Below are positions 1-12,137 of a DNA stretch of 64,000 nt, one piece after another (the first letter of the stretch is position 1; the number at the start of each line of letters is the position of its first letter). Location: assembly GCF_963506605.1 (NCBI RefSeq), contig NC_083288.1, positions 38,750,001 to 38,814,000 on the forward strand, in the 5' to 3' direction. The notes beneath the pieces were generated by a model, which saw nothing but the letters and a program-made list of their open reading frames with translations, was not told the DNA's origin and made no database searches. The position numbers and the translations under genes are program-made. The DNA is from Zootoca vivipara. Taxonomy: Eukaryota.

Positions 1-98
1 GAGGCCCCATTAGCTAAAGTGGTACATCAGGTTAAGAACAGTTTCAGGTTAAGAATGGACTCCAGAACGAATTAAGTTCTTAACCCGAGGTACCACTG
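1..98. mobile_element. Tc1/mariner-type (pogo/Tigger-like) MITE, right end only
   Basis: Ends in ...TTAACCCGAGGTACCACTG followed by TA (99-100). Same family as the complete copies at 13313 and 22403. Confidence 0.85.
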
Positions 99-299
99 TA
101 AACATAAAGCCCTGAGTGACTTAGTTCCCAAATACTTGTAAGAGCACCTCTTCCTATATCCACTGGTCTGGGCTTTGAGATCTGCTGGGGAGGTGCTGCT
201 TGCGGTCTCTCCCATCGACAGGTAAACCAACCATCATCATCTGGTGACAGGGCCTTCCCAGTGGTGGCACCCTGCCTATGAAATGCCTTCCCTGAGGGT

Positions 300-433
300 A
301 AGGACAATGAGCTCGTGGCCCTCCAGATGTCATTAAACTAACTCCCATCAGCCCCAGCTAGCATGGTAGATAGTTGGGGATGGCATGAAGTGGAGTCCAG
401 CAACACCTGGAGAGTCAGAGATTCATCATCCCT
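300..433. mobile_element. Degenerate Charlie-type hAT MITE
   Basis: GGCCCTCCAGATGT..ACTCCCATCAGCCCCAG..CCCTG core matches the intact copy at 28057-28192. Boundaries approximate. Confidence 0.6.
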
Positions 434-1444
434 GCCTTAGAGGCTGTGTTGTCACCTTCATTCCTAAGTTTCCAATGCCATCTTGAGACATATATAGATA
501 TCTGTCTTCACTCAGGCCTTTGGGAAAGAATGGTGGGTTTTGGTCAGAGGCAGGGATGCTGCTTTCTGCTATAGTGGTGTGATGGTTTGAATATTATTTT
601 AAAGTAGGAATTAATGTTTAAAAATAGTTTTTATTGAATGTAGTTTGGGAATTGCTGATCTCTTACCTGATGAAGGATAATATACAAATTGGTCAAATAA
701 AACACTGCATTGCCCAGAGAAGAAGCCCTTCCTTATTAAAGTGCAGGGTTGTAGAAGATAAGCAGATATTAGCCTTCAAGCAGCCAGATGATAGAGATGA
801 GAGCAGTTGGTACTCCCTTGTCATATCCAGCAATGGACAGCACCAGTTTCTTGTATTCTGCTAGACTCTAACTTGGTGAAACATCTCTTCTTTCTCTGTA
901 TCATTAGAATACTGATTTTGATAGTACTGTATACTTTATGAGGGTTCAGAAACTGGGTTTAATTAAAAGTGCATACAAAGACAAAACTAGACCACCAAAT
1001 AAATTATTCAGCTCGTTGGTAGCTAGGCAACAATATTTGTTCCTGAGCAAACTTGCATCATCTAATCACTGTCTAAACCAGATTTTTACCAAGTATGTAT
1101 GTTTAAAATCAGTCTCAGCTGAGACAGTTTTGTCCATGTGCAAATATAGCTTGTCAGCAAGGAAAACTATGTAGTTGCTAAGTTCTGGATGTGAGACAGG
1201 GGGCCTCCCTAAAATTTTGAGGCGAGATATGACATCTTCCTTGTCACTGCCCAGATTGAAATAGCTCACAAGACAGAATTAACCAAGCCACTCTATCACT
1301 GTTGGTGGGCAGGATGTCCTGTTTTGACTGATGATGTTGATACTAATGATCACTGATTTATTTATTTGTCATCTTTGGAGTCTCCTGTTCAAGTATTTTG
1401 AAACAAGTCAGAAGTCTTATGTGGCACTGTGTTTCCATCTTTCT

Positions 1445-1545
1445 TCTGCTAGTATAACTGCTTATCTGAAGAAGTGTGCATGCACACGAAAGCTCATACC
1501 AATGACAAACTTAGTTGGTCTCTAAGGTGCTACTGGAAGGATTTT
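1445..1545. mobile_element. Penelope-like retroelement terminal fragment
   Basis: TCTGAAGAAGTGTGCATGCACACGAAAGCTCATACC...TTAGTTGGTCTCTAAGGTGCTACT, repeated at 5641-5735. Resembles reptile Penelope ends as I recall them. Confidence 0.6.
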
Positions 1546-2970
1546 TATTTATTTATTTTTCTTATCTATGGTTTGTCAAGTGCAGATGCCACCTTTTAAT
1601 TTCATCCAGCCCTTGGGCTTTACCAGTAGGCTCTTTATTGCTCCCCACCACCATCTCCCTGATGGGTCAGCAAGGAAAGTAGCCAGTTGGACACTGTTAC
1701 CAGCCGGTGCTTCAAGCATAATCTAACAGCAGCGCACAACACCCTCTCTTCTTTACAAACAGAAAGGTGGCATGAAGAACAGCTAGTATCTTGCAGAGGT
1801 TAAAAGCATTGTCCACCTACCTTTCTTGTTCCACTGGAAGAATCCCTGCAAGAAGAAAGCAGTTATAGTATTATTTTCAGTTATAGTATTATTCCTGTTA
1901 GTAAGCAGATCCCAACCTACGTAGCCAGGAGCTTCAGGAGATGGCAACACCCGAACACTAACTTTTTGAGCATTTCAATATACTTACTCATTTATTGTAT
2001 TCATTGCACAATTAATGATTGTGTATGGCCCCTGGATTTTTTCCCCTGTGGGTCATTGGCCCTGGTTAGAAAAAAGATTTCCCACCCCTGGCTTATTAAA
2101 TGCTAGAACCTGCATTTGAGACAACATGGAACATTCTTTCAGGTCTGTTGATCATTATTTGGGAAGCTTACATAGATGAACATTTAAGAATATAAGAAGA
2201 AACAATGGTAACAAGTATTGGGCTCACAGCTTCCTTAAAATCACAACCATGCCCTCAACAGCCCTGTCCCTTAATCCAAGATGCATTAGCAAGTCAAGAA
2301 AAGACACTCTATAATTTCTCAAAAGACCCTCTACTATTGCCCTGTATGAATGAGACACAAATTCTATAAAACACATTTTGTGGAAATTCAGGTCCAACAA
2401 CTTGAGCTTTTTGAAACAGAAGTTTTTGAAACCCAACATCAGTGAAGTCAGCTTGAACAACACATGAACATAATTTCCTGTTTTTTAGCTGCAAAAAAAG
2501 CTGTGCACCCATTAGTAGCTGGCCCACACATAGTTCAGTCCGTTTTTCCAGTGTGTGGGTCGTCACTCCTCTGGGACTGATGAGAGAATCAGGGTTGAGG
2601 TCCCATTAACTACCTTAGGCTGAAAAGAAAGCAGCACTAGGAGATGAGGTGTTAGGGTCTTATACGGGCTTGAATCAGCACAGGTGGATGTTGGAATCTT
2701 GGTGGGTGAGGAAAGAGGGGCTCAATGATTGTTTAAAGAAGGACAGGCAGGCCCCTAATGAGGTTTCTAGAGTTTGATCTAGTAACATTATCTAGGGACA
2801 ATATTTTATAAAGTTTGAGAAACACTGCCATACTTCATTTATTATAGTGCAAGAACACATCCACATAGTTTTCCCTTTTTGAGTATGAATCACAGTAGAT
2901 CAGGTATCAGCCCCTGCTTCATGCCCCACCAGTCAACAAATTAATTAGTTGTGTTTTTTTTAAAGAGGCA

Positions 2971-3681
2971 CTACTTGCAAAGTGCCTCAAAGATTTCCAG
3001 AGTCCTCTTAATCTCCCGGATTTGTTTAGCGAGCGTATGGACAGGTTGCATGGAGCGGTCCAACTCCTCACACCTTGCCATCAGAGTGTACATCCCTTTG
3101 ATGCTCATGTCCACAGATTCACCCAAGCTGTCCACAGCATCCCGATAAGTCTGGATGTACCCCACACTGAGGGCTGTCATGTTCTGGATAGCGCTGTTCA
3201 ATGCTCTTAGCATCTGGTCCACCTTCTGTGCCACATCCCTAGTGAGCCTTTCCAGATCCCTAATCACCTGTGGGTCAATTGGAGGTATATCTGCAGTTTT
3301 GCCCCTAACGGACAACTGTGATGACACTGATGATGAGGAGGTGGGTTCTGTGTCATCCAGACTGCCACGGGAGCTCATCTTGATCTTCATCTGCAGGTTG
3401 TTGGCCACAAAGTGTGTCAGGTCCCCATCATGGCTCACTGTCCCTTCTAGTTCCAAAGCGCTGGATATGGTAGCCCTCCTACCTTCCTGAGCCTTGGATG
3501 CTCCATACACTTGGCTTATCCCATCCAGGCTATGACTGTCCAACAAACGGCCTCCAGCCATCCTTTCGCGGGCTGCCACCCGGAGCCTCCTGGATTCTTC
3601 CCCAACCACAGACGACGACGAGGAGGAGGAGGACGTTGGGGTCTGTATATGCACCTGAGCCATTATGTGCTGTCCCTCCAT
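2971..3681 (-). CDS. BORCS6: BLOC-1-related complex subunit 6 (lyspersin/C17orf59), single coding exon, about 236 aa
   Basis: Contains GRRATISSALELEGTVSHDGDLTHFVANNLQMKI and the C-terminal IPPIDP...MTALSVGYIQTYRDAVDSLGESVDMSIKGMYTLMARCEELDRSMQPV...EALCK typical of BORCS6. First true ATG is at 3681; the ORF track starts at a non-ATG codon. Confidence 0.93.
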   Translation of the reverse strand: MEGQHIMAQVHIQTPTSSSSSSSSVVGEESRRLRVAARERMAGGRLLDSHSLDGISQVYGASKAQEGRRATISSALELEGTVSHDGDLTHFVANNLQMKIKMSSRGSLDDTEPTSSSSVSSQLSVRGKTADIPPIDPQVIRDLERLTRDVAQKVDQMLRALNSAIQNMTALSVGYIQTYRDAVDSLGESVDMSIKGMYTLMARCEELDRSMQPVHTLAKQIREIKRTLEIFEALCK

Positions 3682-3829
3682 TACGTAATATAGCAAGAGG
3701 ATCTAGGATGCGAGAAGTAGAGATCAAGATGCAGACGCTAAAGGAGGAGCTTCGGAGGAGACAAAAAAAGACACCAGAGTCAACGCGCAAGAGGGATTCA
3801 AGTTGCCCATTTCCTGCATCTGTGCACCA

Positions 3830-4060
3830 GGTGACCGGTCGACGCCTCTAATGGGCGGAGAATCCTCAAGGAAGACGCGGAAGATAAGAGTAGGTTAGCT
3901 AGGGAGAACAAATGGGAGATTCTCATTGGTGCGTCTCACGTTCTTTAAACAGGAAGAGCCAATCGACGGGAAGCAAGAGGCGTACAGTATATCGGGCGCT
4001 CTGCTCGGTCAAACTCTTCTGCCGGAAGAAATCTGACGCAAGACAGCGTTCTCGATTTGC
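3830..4060 (-). promoter_or_regulatory. CpG-rich BORCS6 promoter
   Basis: CpG-rich, with a GC box (GGGCGG ~3853), CCAAT boxes (ATTGG ~3925, CCAAT ~3959) and an ETS site (CCGGAAG ~4022) directly upstream of the CDS. Confidence 0.7.
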
Positions 4061-5640
4061 CAGGGGAAAGGAAGGTTGGTACAGTATCAAGATTCACCAG
4101 TCAAAAAAATGGGAAGTGTTAAAGGCTCCCGCAGGGCGGTAGATGTAATCCTACTCTATCGTGGAGGCTTGTCAGACCGAAATGCCAGTATTTTCAAAAC
4201 TGAAGCTTAGAAATAACAAACAAAACCTGCATTTCCAAGGGCAAAATGTATTTTTTTACTGACGTAGGCTGCAATCCTAATTTCAGTTAGCTGGGAGTAA
4301 ACCCCATTGAATTCAATACAATTTACTTCAGAGTTGACGTGGTTAGGCTTGTGTTCTTACTCCTGTCGGGAATTTTATGGGTTTGTATTTTTTTACAAAA
4401 TTGGACTCCACCGACAAAGCTTGAAGTGTCTGTACACTAGTTCTTTGTGTTGAAGGACAGAAGGTATGAAAACACAAACTTCCCCTGTGGAGCTGTCATT
4501 TTGAGGACAAATAAATACTCTAAAACAGTAACTTGAAACCTCAGGACCATTATCCAAATAAGTACACCACCTCCTTTCTGATCTTCTGCAAATTGTCCCC
4601 ATATTTGTCCCATTGTGTTCTTATTGGGACCAAAGGAACAATAAGAGATGCACCTGCCTGCCCTAAACTTGACAAAAGGACTTGCTTTTAGCTCACCACT
4701 GTTTTGTCTTTGAAAAACTGCTCTCCCTCCTTTACCTCCTGCTCCCATCTTTGTGTGTCCTTTTTAAATTGCAAGTCTGATGGCAGGACACCTCTCTTAC
4801 TCTTACTGACGCAAGTCACTATGTGAGACAATGGGTTTTATCCAACTAAGTTCTATTCAGAATAGACCCATCGAAATGAATGAATCTAAACTAATCATCA
4901 TTTCCCTTAGTGCAATGGGTCTACTATTGGACTAGCTTTGACTACAACTCATTAATTATCTGAAAAATTGGATAGAAACACTAAATACATAATCAGTCTG
5001 GTGTAAGTAGGCAGGGGAATGCCTTTTCATGAGATTCCCCCAAAGGAAGGTGAAAGCAACTTGGGAAACTGGAAGATGTTCTTTCCTTCAAAACAGGACC
5101 ATTTAGTAGCATATCGTATAGCTACATTTCCCAGGCAGATGCTGATGAGGACTGTAGATAAGGAGGTGTGTGTGTAAGAAGACAATGCTTAAAGAATACT
5201 TCCTGCCTTGAGAATGGAATCTGTTAATCCTGATTCACAGTTCCTTTTTCCCCATCCACTTTCCTTTGCAGTGTATCTACTAGATACTTTTGAAAGTTGT
5301 TCATTTGTTGTTAAAGTGAAGTAAATGCTTATGTAAACATCACACAATTGTGGTCTTGAGCTATTGCACTGTTTTGCAAATACAGTTCTAGCTTTCAAAT
5401 GTTAAAAAAAAAAGGAAAAGTAACTCGCTGTTCATAATTGTCTTTGCAAATGTTAGTGTTGTCCTCACAACAACCCTGTAGGGTAGGCAATCGGTGATCC
5501 CATCTTGCAGACTGAGGACCTGAAATGGAAAGATTGTCAAAACTGTGCCTCTAGTGAGTCTACAATTGAGTGAAGAGTTGAACCAAAGTTATCTAGGTTC
5601 ATTGTTCGTTATCCCTATTTTCCCCCAATGAAATTGGCTC

Positions 5641-5735
5641 TTGCTATTGCTATCTGAAGAAGTGTGCATGCACACAAAAGCTCATACCAAAATAAAAACT
5701 TAGTTGGTCTTTAAGGTGCTACTGAAGGAACTTTT
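5641..5735. mobile_element. Penelope-like terminal fragment, second copy
   Basis: Near-identical to 1445-1545. Confidence 0.6.
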
Positions 5736-6639
5736 TTATTTTACTTGCTATTGGAAACACTCTTCCATAAATGCATTTTTAAAAGGATTAAGTTAAGTTC
5801 TTTTGAGTTTTCGATTTGGTTTTTAAAAATTAATTCAAGCATAAGTGATACCTTTTTGTCAGAGAAGTCAATGAAGTTGTAAATGAAATCATGGCCTGAG
5901 GGTGGTTTTAATAAAATAATGCTACATATATTTTCTTCTAAAGAGCTTCCGCCTGTATGAGAAGTACAGACCAGTTCAGCAGAAGATAATATATGTTGCT
6001 TAAATTCAGAGCCACAGCTCCTTCTAACCTCCAGAAAACTCTGTAAGATACCCACCTCACTTTCGGCATCCATTAGAAATATGTGGAGGAGCCATAACTT
6101 AAGCTCAAGATAGAGCAAAATGAATGGTAAAGAATTCCTGTTTAGCAAAAAGAGTGCAAACAATGTTTCAGGGGTTTTAACACCACTATGAAGAAAGGTT
6201 TCCTGTACTGTATCTTTTCCCTGTGGCAACAAAAAACAAACAAAAGCCAACTTTCTGCTGTGGGACTACAACTGATAGCACCGGTCAGGCACGTCCAACT
6301 CCCTAGAGACTGTGATCTACTCCCAGTATTAAAAAACTGGCAGTGATCTACCCATTGTCATTGGAGGGAGGAGGAGCTTGCGTGGGGTGGGTGAATTGCC
6401 CAGAGTTGTTGAGCTTTTTCTGCAGAGGATTGCCAAGAGTTGTTGAGCTTTTCTGGCGTAGGATTGCCCAGAGTTCTTCAGCTTTTATTTGTCAACTTTC
6501 GGGCAACTTTATTTAATCCCATGATTGATAAGGGTCCCGTCAGAAAACAGACAATGTGAACACTGCCCAAGCTATTTTCAAGGTGACATGCCACTATTCC
6601 TATATGAACTAGCACAATGCATGTTCACAACCTGGCCCA

Positions 6640-6770
6640 AAGGTGGGGATAGAGAACCTGTGGCCCTCCAGATGTTGTTGGATCAACTCTCATCAGCCCT
6701 AGGCAGCACAGCCAATGATCTGGGAGAGTAGTCCAACAACATTTGAGGAATCGCAGGTTCCTAATCCCTG
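6640..6770. mobile_element. Degenerate Charlie-type hAT MITE
   Basis: GTGGCCCTCCAGATGTTGTTGGA...CAACAACATTTGAGG...CCCTG, same family as 28057. Confidence 0.6.
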
Positions 6771-6812
6771 CCCTAGGGCAAAGATTGAGGCATAGTGTAT
6801 TAACATTGCTAC

Positions 6813-7199
6813 CAAGGGCGTACCCACCATTCGGCAAGTTAGGGCAGCTGCCCTACTCTAGAAGCAGGGCTGGTGGGCAGAGGCGGAGCACAGCCCGGCG
6901 GAGCGCGAGTTCGCCATTCCCGCCGCACCGCGCCGCACCCTCCCTCCAGCTCCCCGGCGCGCCCTCAGGCAAGGCCAAGCGCGGCGGGGAACCAGGGAGC
7001 GCGGCGCGGCGGGCGGGAACGCTGAACTCGCGCTCCGCTGGGCTGGGCTCCGCCTCCGCCCACCAGCCCTGCTTCTAGGGAGGGGCACAGCCCGGCGGAG
7101 CGCGAGTTCGCTGTTCCCGCCCACTTTGTGGCCCCTCCCCTTCCGTGCCTTGGCCCCTCCCCTTGCCCCCCCCTAGTTTTGATCCTGGGTACGCCCATG
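6813..7199. mobile_element. Non-autonomous hAT element, CpG-rich, with internal inverted repeat
   Basis: 14-bp TIRs CAAGGGCGTACCCA / TGGGTACGCCCATG (1 mismatch) and exact 8-bp TSD ATTGCTAC (6805-6812, 7200-7207). Confidence 0.88.
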
Positions 7200-7861
7200 A
7201 TTGCTACTGAAAAATATTGACTGCAGCACCACTGTTGTCATCATGCCTTTAATGCATTGTGGATGCAGAGAGAGATTTTAGCACAATCACCTCCTGGGAA
7301 TACTTATTCCCCTCCATGCCATCTACCACTCATATTAATTAGTTACATGGCCACTAGCAGTGCTGTCTGCAATTCCAGTTTTATACCTTCCAAATTGCAT
7401 GTGCAACTTTGGAGCACCACTACACTTTTTTCTTTTTAAAGTGGGTTTTCAAGACCACGAAACTCCCAAAGCTGACCCACAGAATATGATCAGCCAATAA
7501 TTTCATTGAGTTAAGGCTCTGCTCTGGAACCTCTTCTGAATCTGCTCCCTGCCAAGGGGACACTGCATGAACCCAGGTTCAGGATATACTGAATTCATTT
7601 TCCTCACCACTGAGTATTCATAACCAAATTATACAATTATGGGATAAAACTGCAGGATTTGAGGGTTGGTAAACATGGTTCAAGACAGGTTTCAGTTCCA
7701 ATAGTGCTCTTTTCAGAGGTCTATCATTACAGTGCTCCAAGTTAAGACTTATCTTTCTCCTTCCAAGACAGAACCCCTTGTGACATGTGGGAGTTTCTGG
7801 GACAGCCCAGGCACATTTGTTTGAAAAAACCACAAAGCCTGACATCGTGCCCACAATTCTT

Positions 7862-9525
7862 TCAGTCATCTGGTTCCTTTTTGATGTGCAAAGAAACTGT
7901 TGACAGTTCTCTCCTTTCTTCCTGGGCCTCATCTGACTCCTCTTCCTTTTTCATCCATGAGAGCGACCCCGTTTCTGCAAATGGTATGTCATTCCCCCAC
8001 TGAAGCTCTGACTCTTCTTTTACTTCAGCATCCCACGTCCCTGGAGGGAGTACCACCACCTCATTGGCTTCTTCTTCCATGTCATTCTCTGTATTGTCCT
8101 CCTCTTCTTGGGGTTGGACAAAAAGCTCTTTGTAAACCCTAATGTCTATTGGCTCACTGCATGTGCCAGAAAGTAAGGCTCCCTTGGTGTGAGTCCTCAG
8201 GTGCTTGGCAAGAGCAGCCCGTTGGCTGTAGTTTTTGTTGCACTGGAGACAGGCATAAGGCTTCTCATGAGTGTGAATCCTCTGGTGCTGGACCAGCGTG
8301 GAGCTCTGCTTGAACCCTTTGCCACATTCATCACAGCAAAAGGGGCGTTCCCCTGTATGGGTGAGGTGGTGTCGCTTGAGAGCTGACATACCACTAAAGC
8401 TTTTCCCACACTCTCGGCAGCTGTACGGGGACTCACCAGTGTGAGTCCGGAGATGTTGAGTCAGCGCGGAACTCTGACTAAAGCCTTTCCCACACTCCTG
8501 GCATTTGTATGGCCTCTCGCCTGTGTGAAGTCTCCGATGAGTTGTGAGCACCGATTTCTGGCTAAAACTGCGCCCACAATCTGGACACGGGTAGGGTGTC
8601 TCTCCAGTGTGTATCCGCCGGTGCTGTGTCAAGGCAGAGCTGGCAATGAAGCTTTTTGGACAATCAGGGCACTGGTAGGGCTTTTCTCCTGTGTGTGACC
8701 TCTGATGCTGGAGAAGGGAATAGCGCTTGGTGAAAGATTTACCACAGGCTACACACAGGTTGGGTGGGCCCTCTTCAGAGTGAGTGCGGACATGTTCGTT
8801 ATAGAGAGCCCTTCGCATGAACCGCTCGCCACACTCCCCACAGGCAAAAGGACGCTCACCCGTGTGAATGCGACGGTGTTCAGCTAACGTGGTGCTCCGG
8901 CAGAAGTTCTTGCCACAATCGTCGCAGCGGTGAAGATTCCCACTACCTAAATGTCCTGCAGAGGCAGTTCCATTTTTTCCACCACTACCATCACCCTGGT
9001 GTGAAAGAAGATGCTCTACCAGCAAGGAAATCTCTCCAAAACGCTTCCAGCACTCAGTACATTTGTATGGCTTCTCACCTGTATGTGTGTTCAGGTGCCA
9101 GACCAGGTGAGCTTTGGTGCTGTAGGTGGTCCCGCAGTATTCACATCGGAATGGTCTTATGCCATCATGAACTCGCTGATGGCGGGTCAAGTTGCTCTTC
9201 AGCCGGAAGTTCTTGCCACACTCCTGACATTTATAAGGCTTCTCTCCTGTGTGGATACTTTGGTGACTGGCCAATGCGGACTGGACAGAGAAGCAACAGC
9301 CACAATCTGAGCACATGTATGGCTTCTCCCCTGTGTGGGTCCGCTGGTGGGCAAACAGTTCACAGGTCTTGACAAAGCTTTTTCCACAAACACCGCAGAT
9401 TACCCGACCTACTCGCCGATGCTTTGCTACTAGGGTTGCTAAACATCTCTGAGATTTTATTCCTGATACTACATCTTCTCCCCTTTTGCTTGCAGGTTTT
9501 TCAGCTGTATCCATCTTTCTGTTTC
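7862..9525 (-). CDS. Terminal exon of a 14-finger C2H2 zinc-finger gene (ZNF-A) with acidic C-terminal tail
   Basis: 14 CxxC...HxxxH fingers, mostly with TGEKP-type linkers. Acceptor TTCTTCTTTCTGCTAG ends at 9526 (phase 1). Stop at 7862. Confidence 0.93.
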
Positions 9526-9640
9526 CTAGCAGAAAGAAGAAATTCACATTGATTCATCTACCATCAATCCCCAACTACCATCAATCCTCACATTCTTCCT
9601 CCACAAGTCTTATTTTAACCACCATCGCTCCATCTATGCT

Positions 9641-9806
9641 CAGGGCCGGCTCCAAGGCAAAGCTGGGTGGCGCAGGGTGCCAGGGCACCGGGCCGTCAGG
9701 GGGGTGCCACGTGGCTGTGCCTGCCAGATAGCCGCGGCGGCAAACGGGGCGGGGGCGCCAGAGCGATCTTTGCTCCACGGCACCCAATATGCTTAAGACG
9801 GCCCTG
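9641..9806. mobile_element. Non-autonomous hAT MITE
   Basis: CAGGGCCG...CGGCCCTG termini and exact 8-bp TSD TCTATGCT (9633-9640, 9807-9814). Confidence 0.88.
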
Positions 9807-11806
9807 TCTATGCTGCATCATTTGCTGCCAGTTAGTCTTTAGATATATTTTTTACCAAGTCCTCATCTTCTTCCTTCGTCTCTATTCTTTCTGCATTGGC
9901 CTTGGGTCCCAAATGTGGGCACTACTGCAGCTTAGGCCAGTGATATGTGAAGAGCCTTTCTCAATCACAGTGAATTTATTTTCCCACCTCATTGTGGTTT
10001 CCAACCCAGAAAGTGCATGATGAGCTAGATGAGCCTCTCCATGACAGCTATTATGAAAGTTGCTGCAGGCCGGTAAGACAAGACTCCTGAACTGGCCCAC
10101 TTCTGAATAAATATGGCCCTTCCGCAGGGCCTCATTCTCAGCACAATGTGCTTGAGTTGTATTTATGGACTAACTCACCATCCCCACATCTTTTTATCCT
10201 GCTACCACCTCCTGCCCAGATCATTCCATCTTCCTAGCCACTCCAGGAAGGGAGCACAACCCTTAAGCAATCTTTGATACTCCTTCACTGCTAGAAGCTG
10301 TGGTTAGGATGTGGTTTGGGAGGTAAAAGTACAGAAGACCCTCCTCTTGAGCCTTTCTGTTGCTGGAAGGTTTCTAGTCCCCTGTTCCTGACTCTAGTGT
10401 TAAAACTAGCATCTTCAACTTGAGGGTGCTCCTTTTAATAAAAAATGTGCAGTGTCTAACTGTTGAGATGATGGTGATTAATAATATTTAATACTTTAAT
10501 ACAGTGTTTCTTTAACTTTTTTCTCAGGGCCACACTTTTAAAACAAAAATTTGCTCATACCAATTTTTTTATTGCTTAGAAATATATTGGAAAACAAAAG
10601 GAAACAACTCCTATCAGTGCTTGATTTATAGCATTGAACACAACGACTTTATAATATGATCATGGGACATCCAAAACATTTTTTTAAATGCAGCTACATA
10701 GGAACATGAATAATTCTCAAAATATAATTATGAGCCTCTTACATATGTATCTTAAATATGTATACAAACTCAGTCAGAAGTGTGAGCTCGCTTTTGTCAG
10801 GTAATTTCATTTCTATTAGGTCTAATCTGAGTTAAATGAACTCTCATCAACACAAAAAAGCCTTTCCCTTTTCTGATCTTTCAGATTTGTCAGAGTTGAA
10901 AATCCCTGTTTGCAACAGTATGCCATGGAGAAGTTCAGAAGAATAGCCAATGCTCATGGATACTGTTTCTGGTTGTATATCCCCCCCCCCCAAAAAAATT
11001 TATACTTATACTATACTAAACTGAAATGTTGAAATATTTCAATATTTCTTTGATTGTCCTTGAATCTTTCTGCCACACTTGCCATCCTCTCCTACCACAC
11101 TAGTGTGGAGTGCCACATCCTCTCCGAACCAACAAATTAATAATATATTTTTTAAAGAGAGGCAGTCAAGACCTGAACCTACTGTATTGACAGTGATCTT
11201 ACCATATCAGTTACCTACTTCTGCTGTTGTTTTAATCACTGTGTGCTACCCCTCCTACCAGAGCTCACTTTCTCCAATTTACAAAATGGTCTTGGAGCTG
11301 TTCTCTAGTTCCTTGAAGCTAGAAGGCTATTCTTAACCTTAGAGCCTGTTTTGTTATGCTCCTTCCCTCAATCCATCTCAGGAGTTACAAGAGGTTTGCG
11401 GATAGAAATGCCCTGTTCAAAGGAAAGAAAAAGTAAGAGTCAGAGTAAGAGTTTATTGGGACTCAAGAAGACTTATTCTTAATAGCTCTTACCTCATGGA
11501 TAAACTAAAAGCAGTTCCATGTCATTAGCTCATAATTACTGTAACATTTTCAAGCTTGCTTCCAGAATTGTGAAAGCTAGAAATTACTTTATCCTCCCAC
11601 CTTCGCAAAAAAAGAAATAAATGAAGACCAGCTGAAAACATCATCTTCCCAACAAAACCCTGCAAAAGCGTTATGTTGGCTACTATTCCTCCCCCCTCAA
11701 TTACTATAGGCCATGCTGCCCAATCAGAAGACAGTCCTGCTCAGGCTAAAGAACACAGGCATCAGATACCTGGAGGATGTACTTAACAGAAGAAAAGAAC
11801 CCTTAC

Positions 11807-11906
11807 CTGGAGAAAAGGAGTCTCTTAATTCTCTTCTCGGTGTCTCTGTAGCTACATTCCTAAACTGTAACATGGTGTGCTTTTCCTTGGCTGAAAGGGA
11901 CAGGTC
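11807..11906 (-). CDS. Upstream coding exon of ZNF-A (DLSLSAKEKHTMLQFRNVATETPRRELRDSFSP)
   Basis: AG acceptor and CAG|GTAAGG donor. 100 nt, phase 0 to 1, joins in frame to the exon at 9525. Confidence 0.65.
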
Positions 11907-12137
11907 CTAGCAGACACTAAAACAACAAATAAAGACCTTGTGGCTGGGAGACATGTCTAACGTGAAAGATTCTCATGACCCTCCTCGGTCTTCTCCCACA
12001 ACACCAGAAAACAAATCTACTACAGTACTAGTCCAGTATTTCCCATTTAGCTCATATACTTCTAGCCTACAGCCTCAGAAAGGGCTTTTATCCTTTTTTA
12101 TATCCTACACTTCCAGCAACTAAGATGGACAGCTTAC

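Noticed and set aside
1066-1269. 67-aa minus-strand ORF that looks protein-like
   Set aside because: Non-ATG start with an in-frame stop just upstream, no good splice sites, no recognised domain.
8189-9393. Overlapping ORFs on other frames and strands of ZNF-A (and likewise over ZNF771)
   Set aside because: Shadow ORFs caused by repetitive zinc-finger codon structure.
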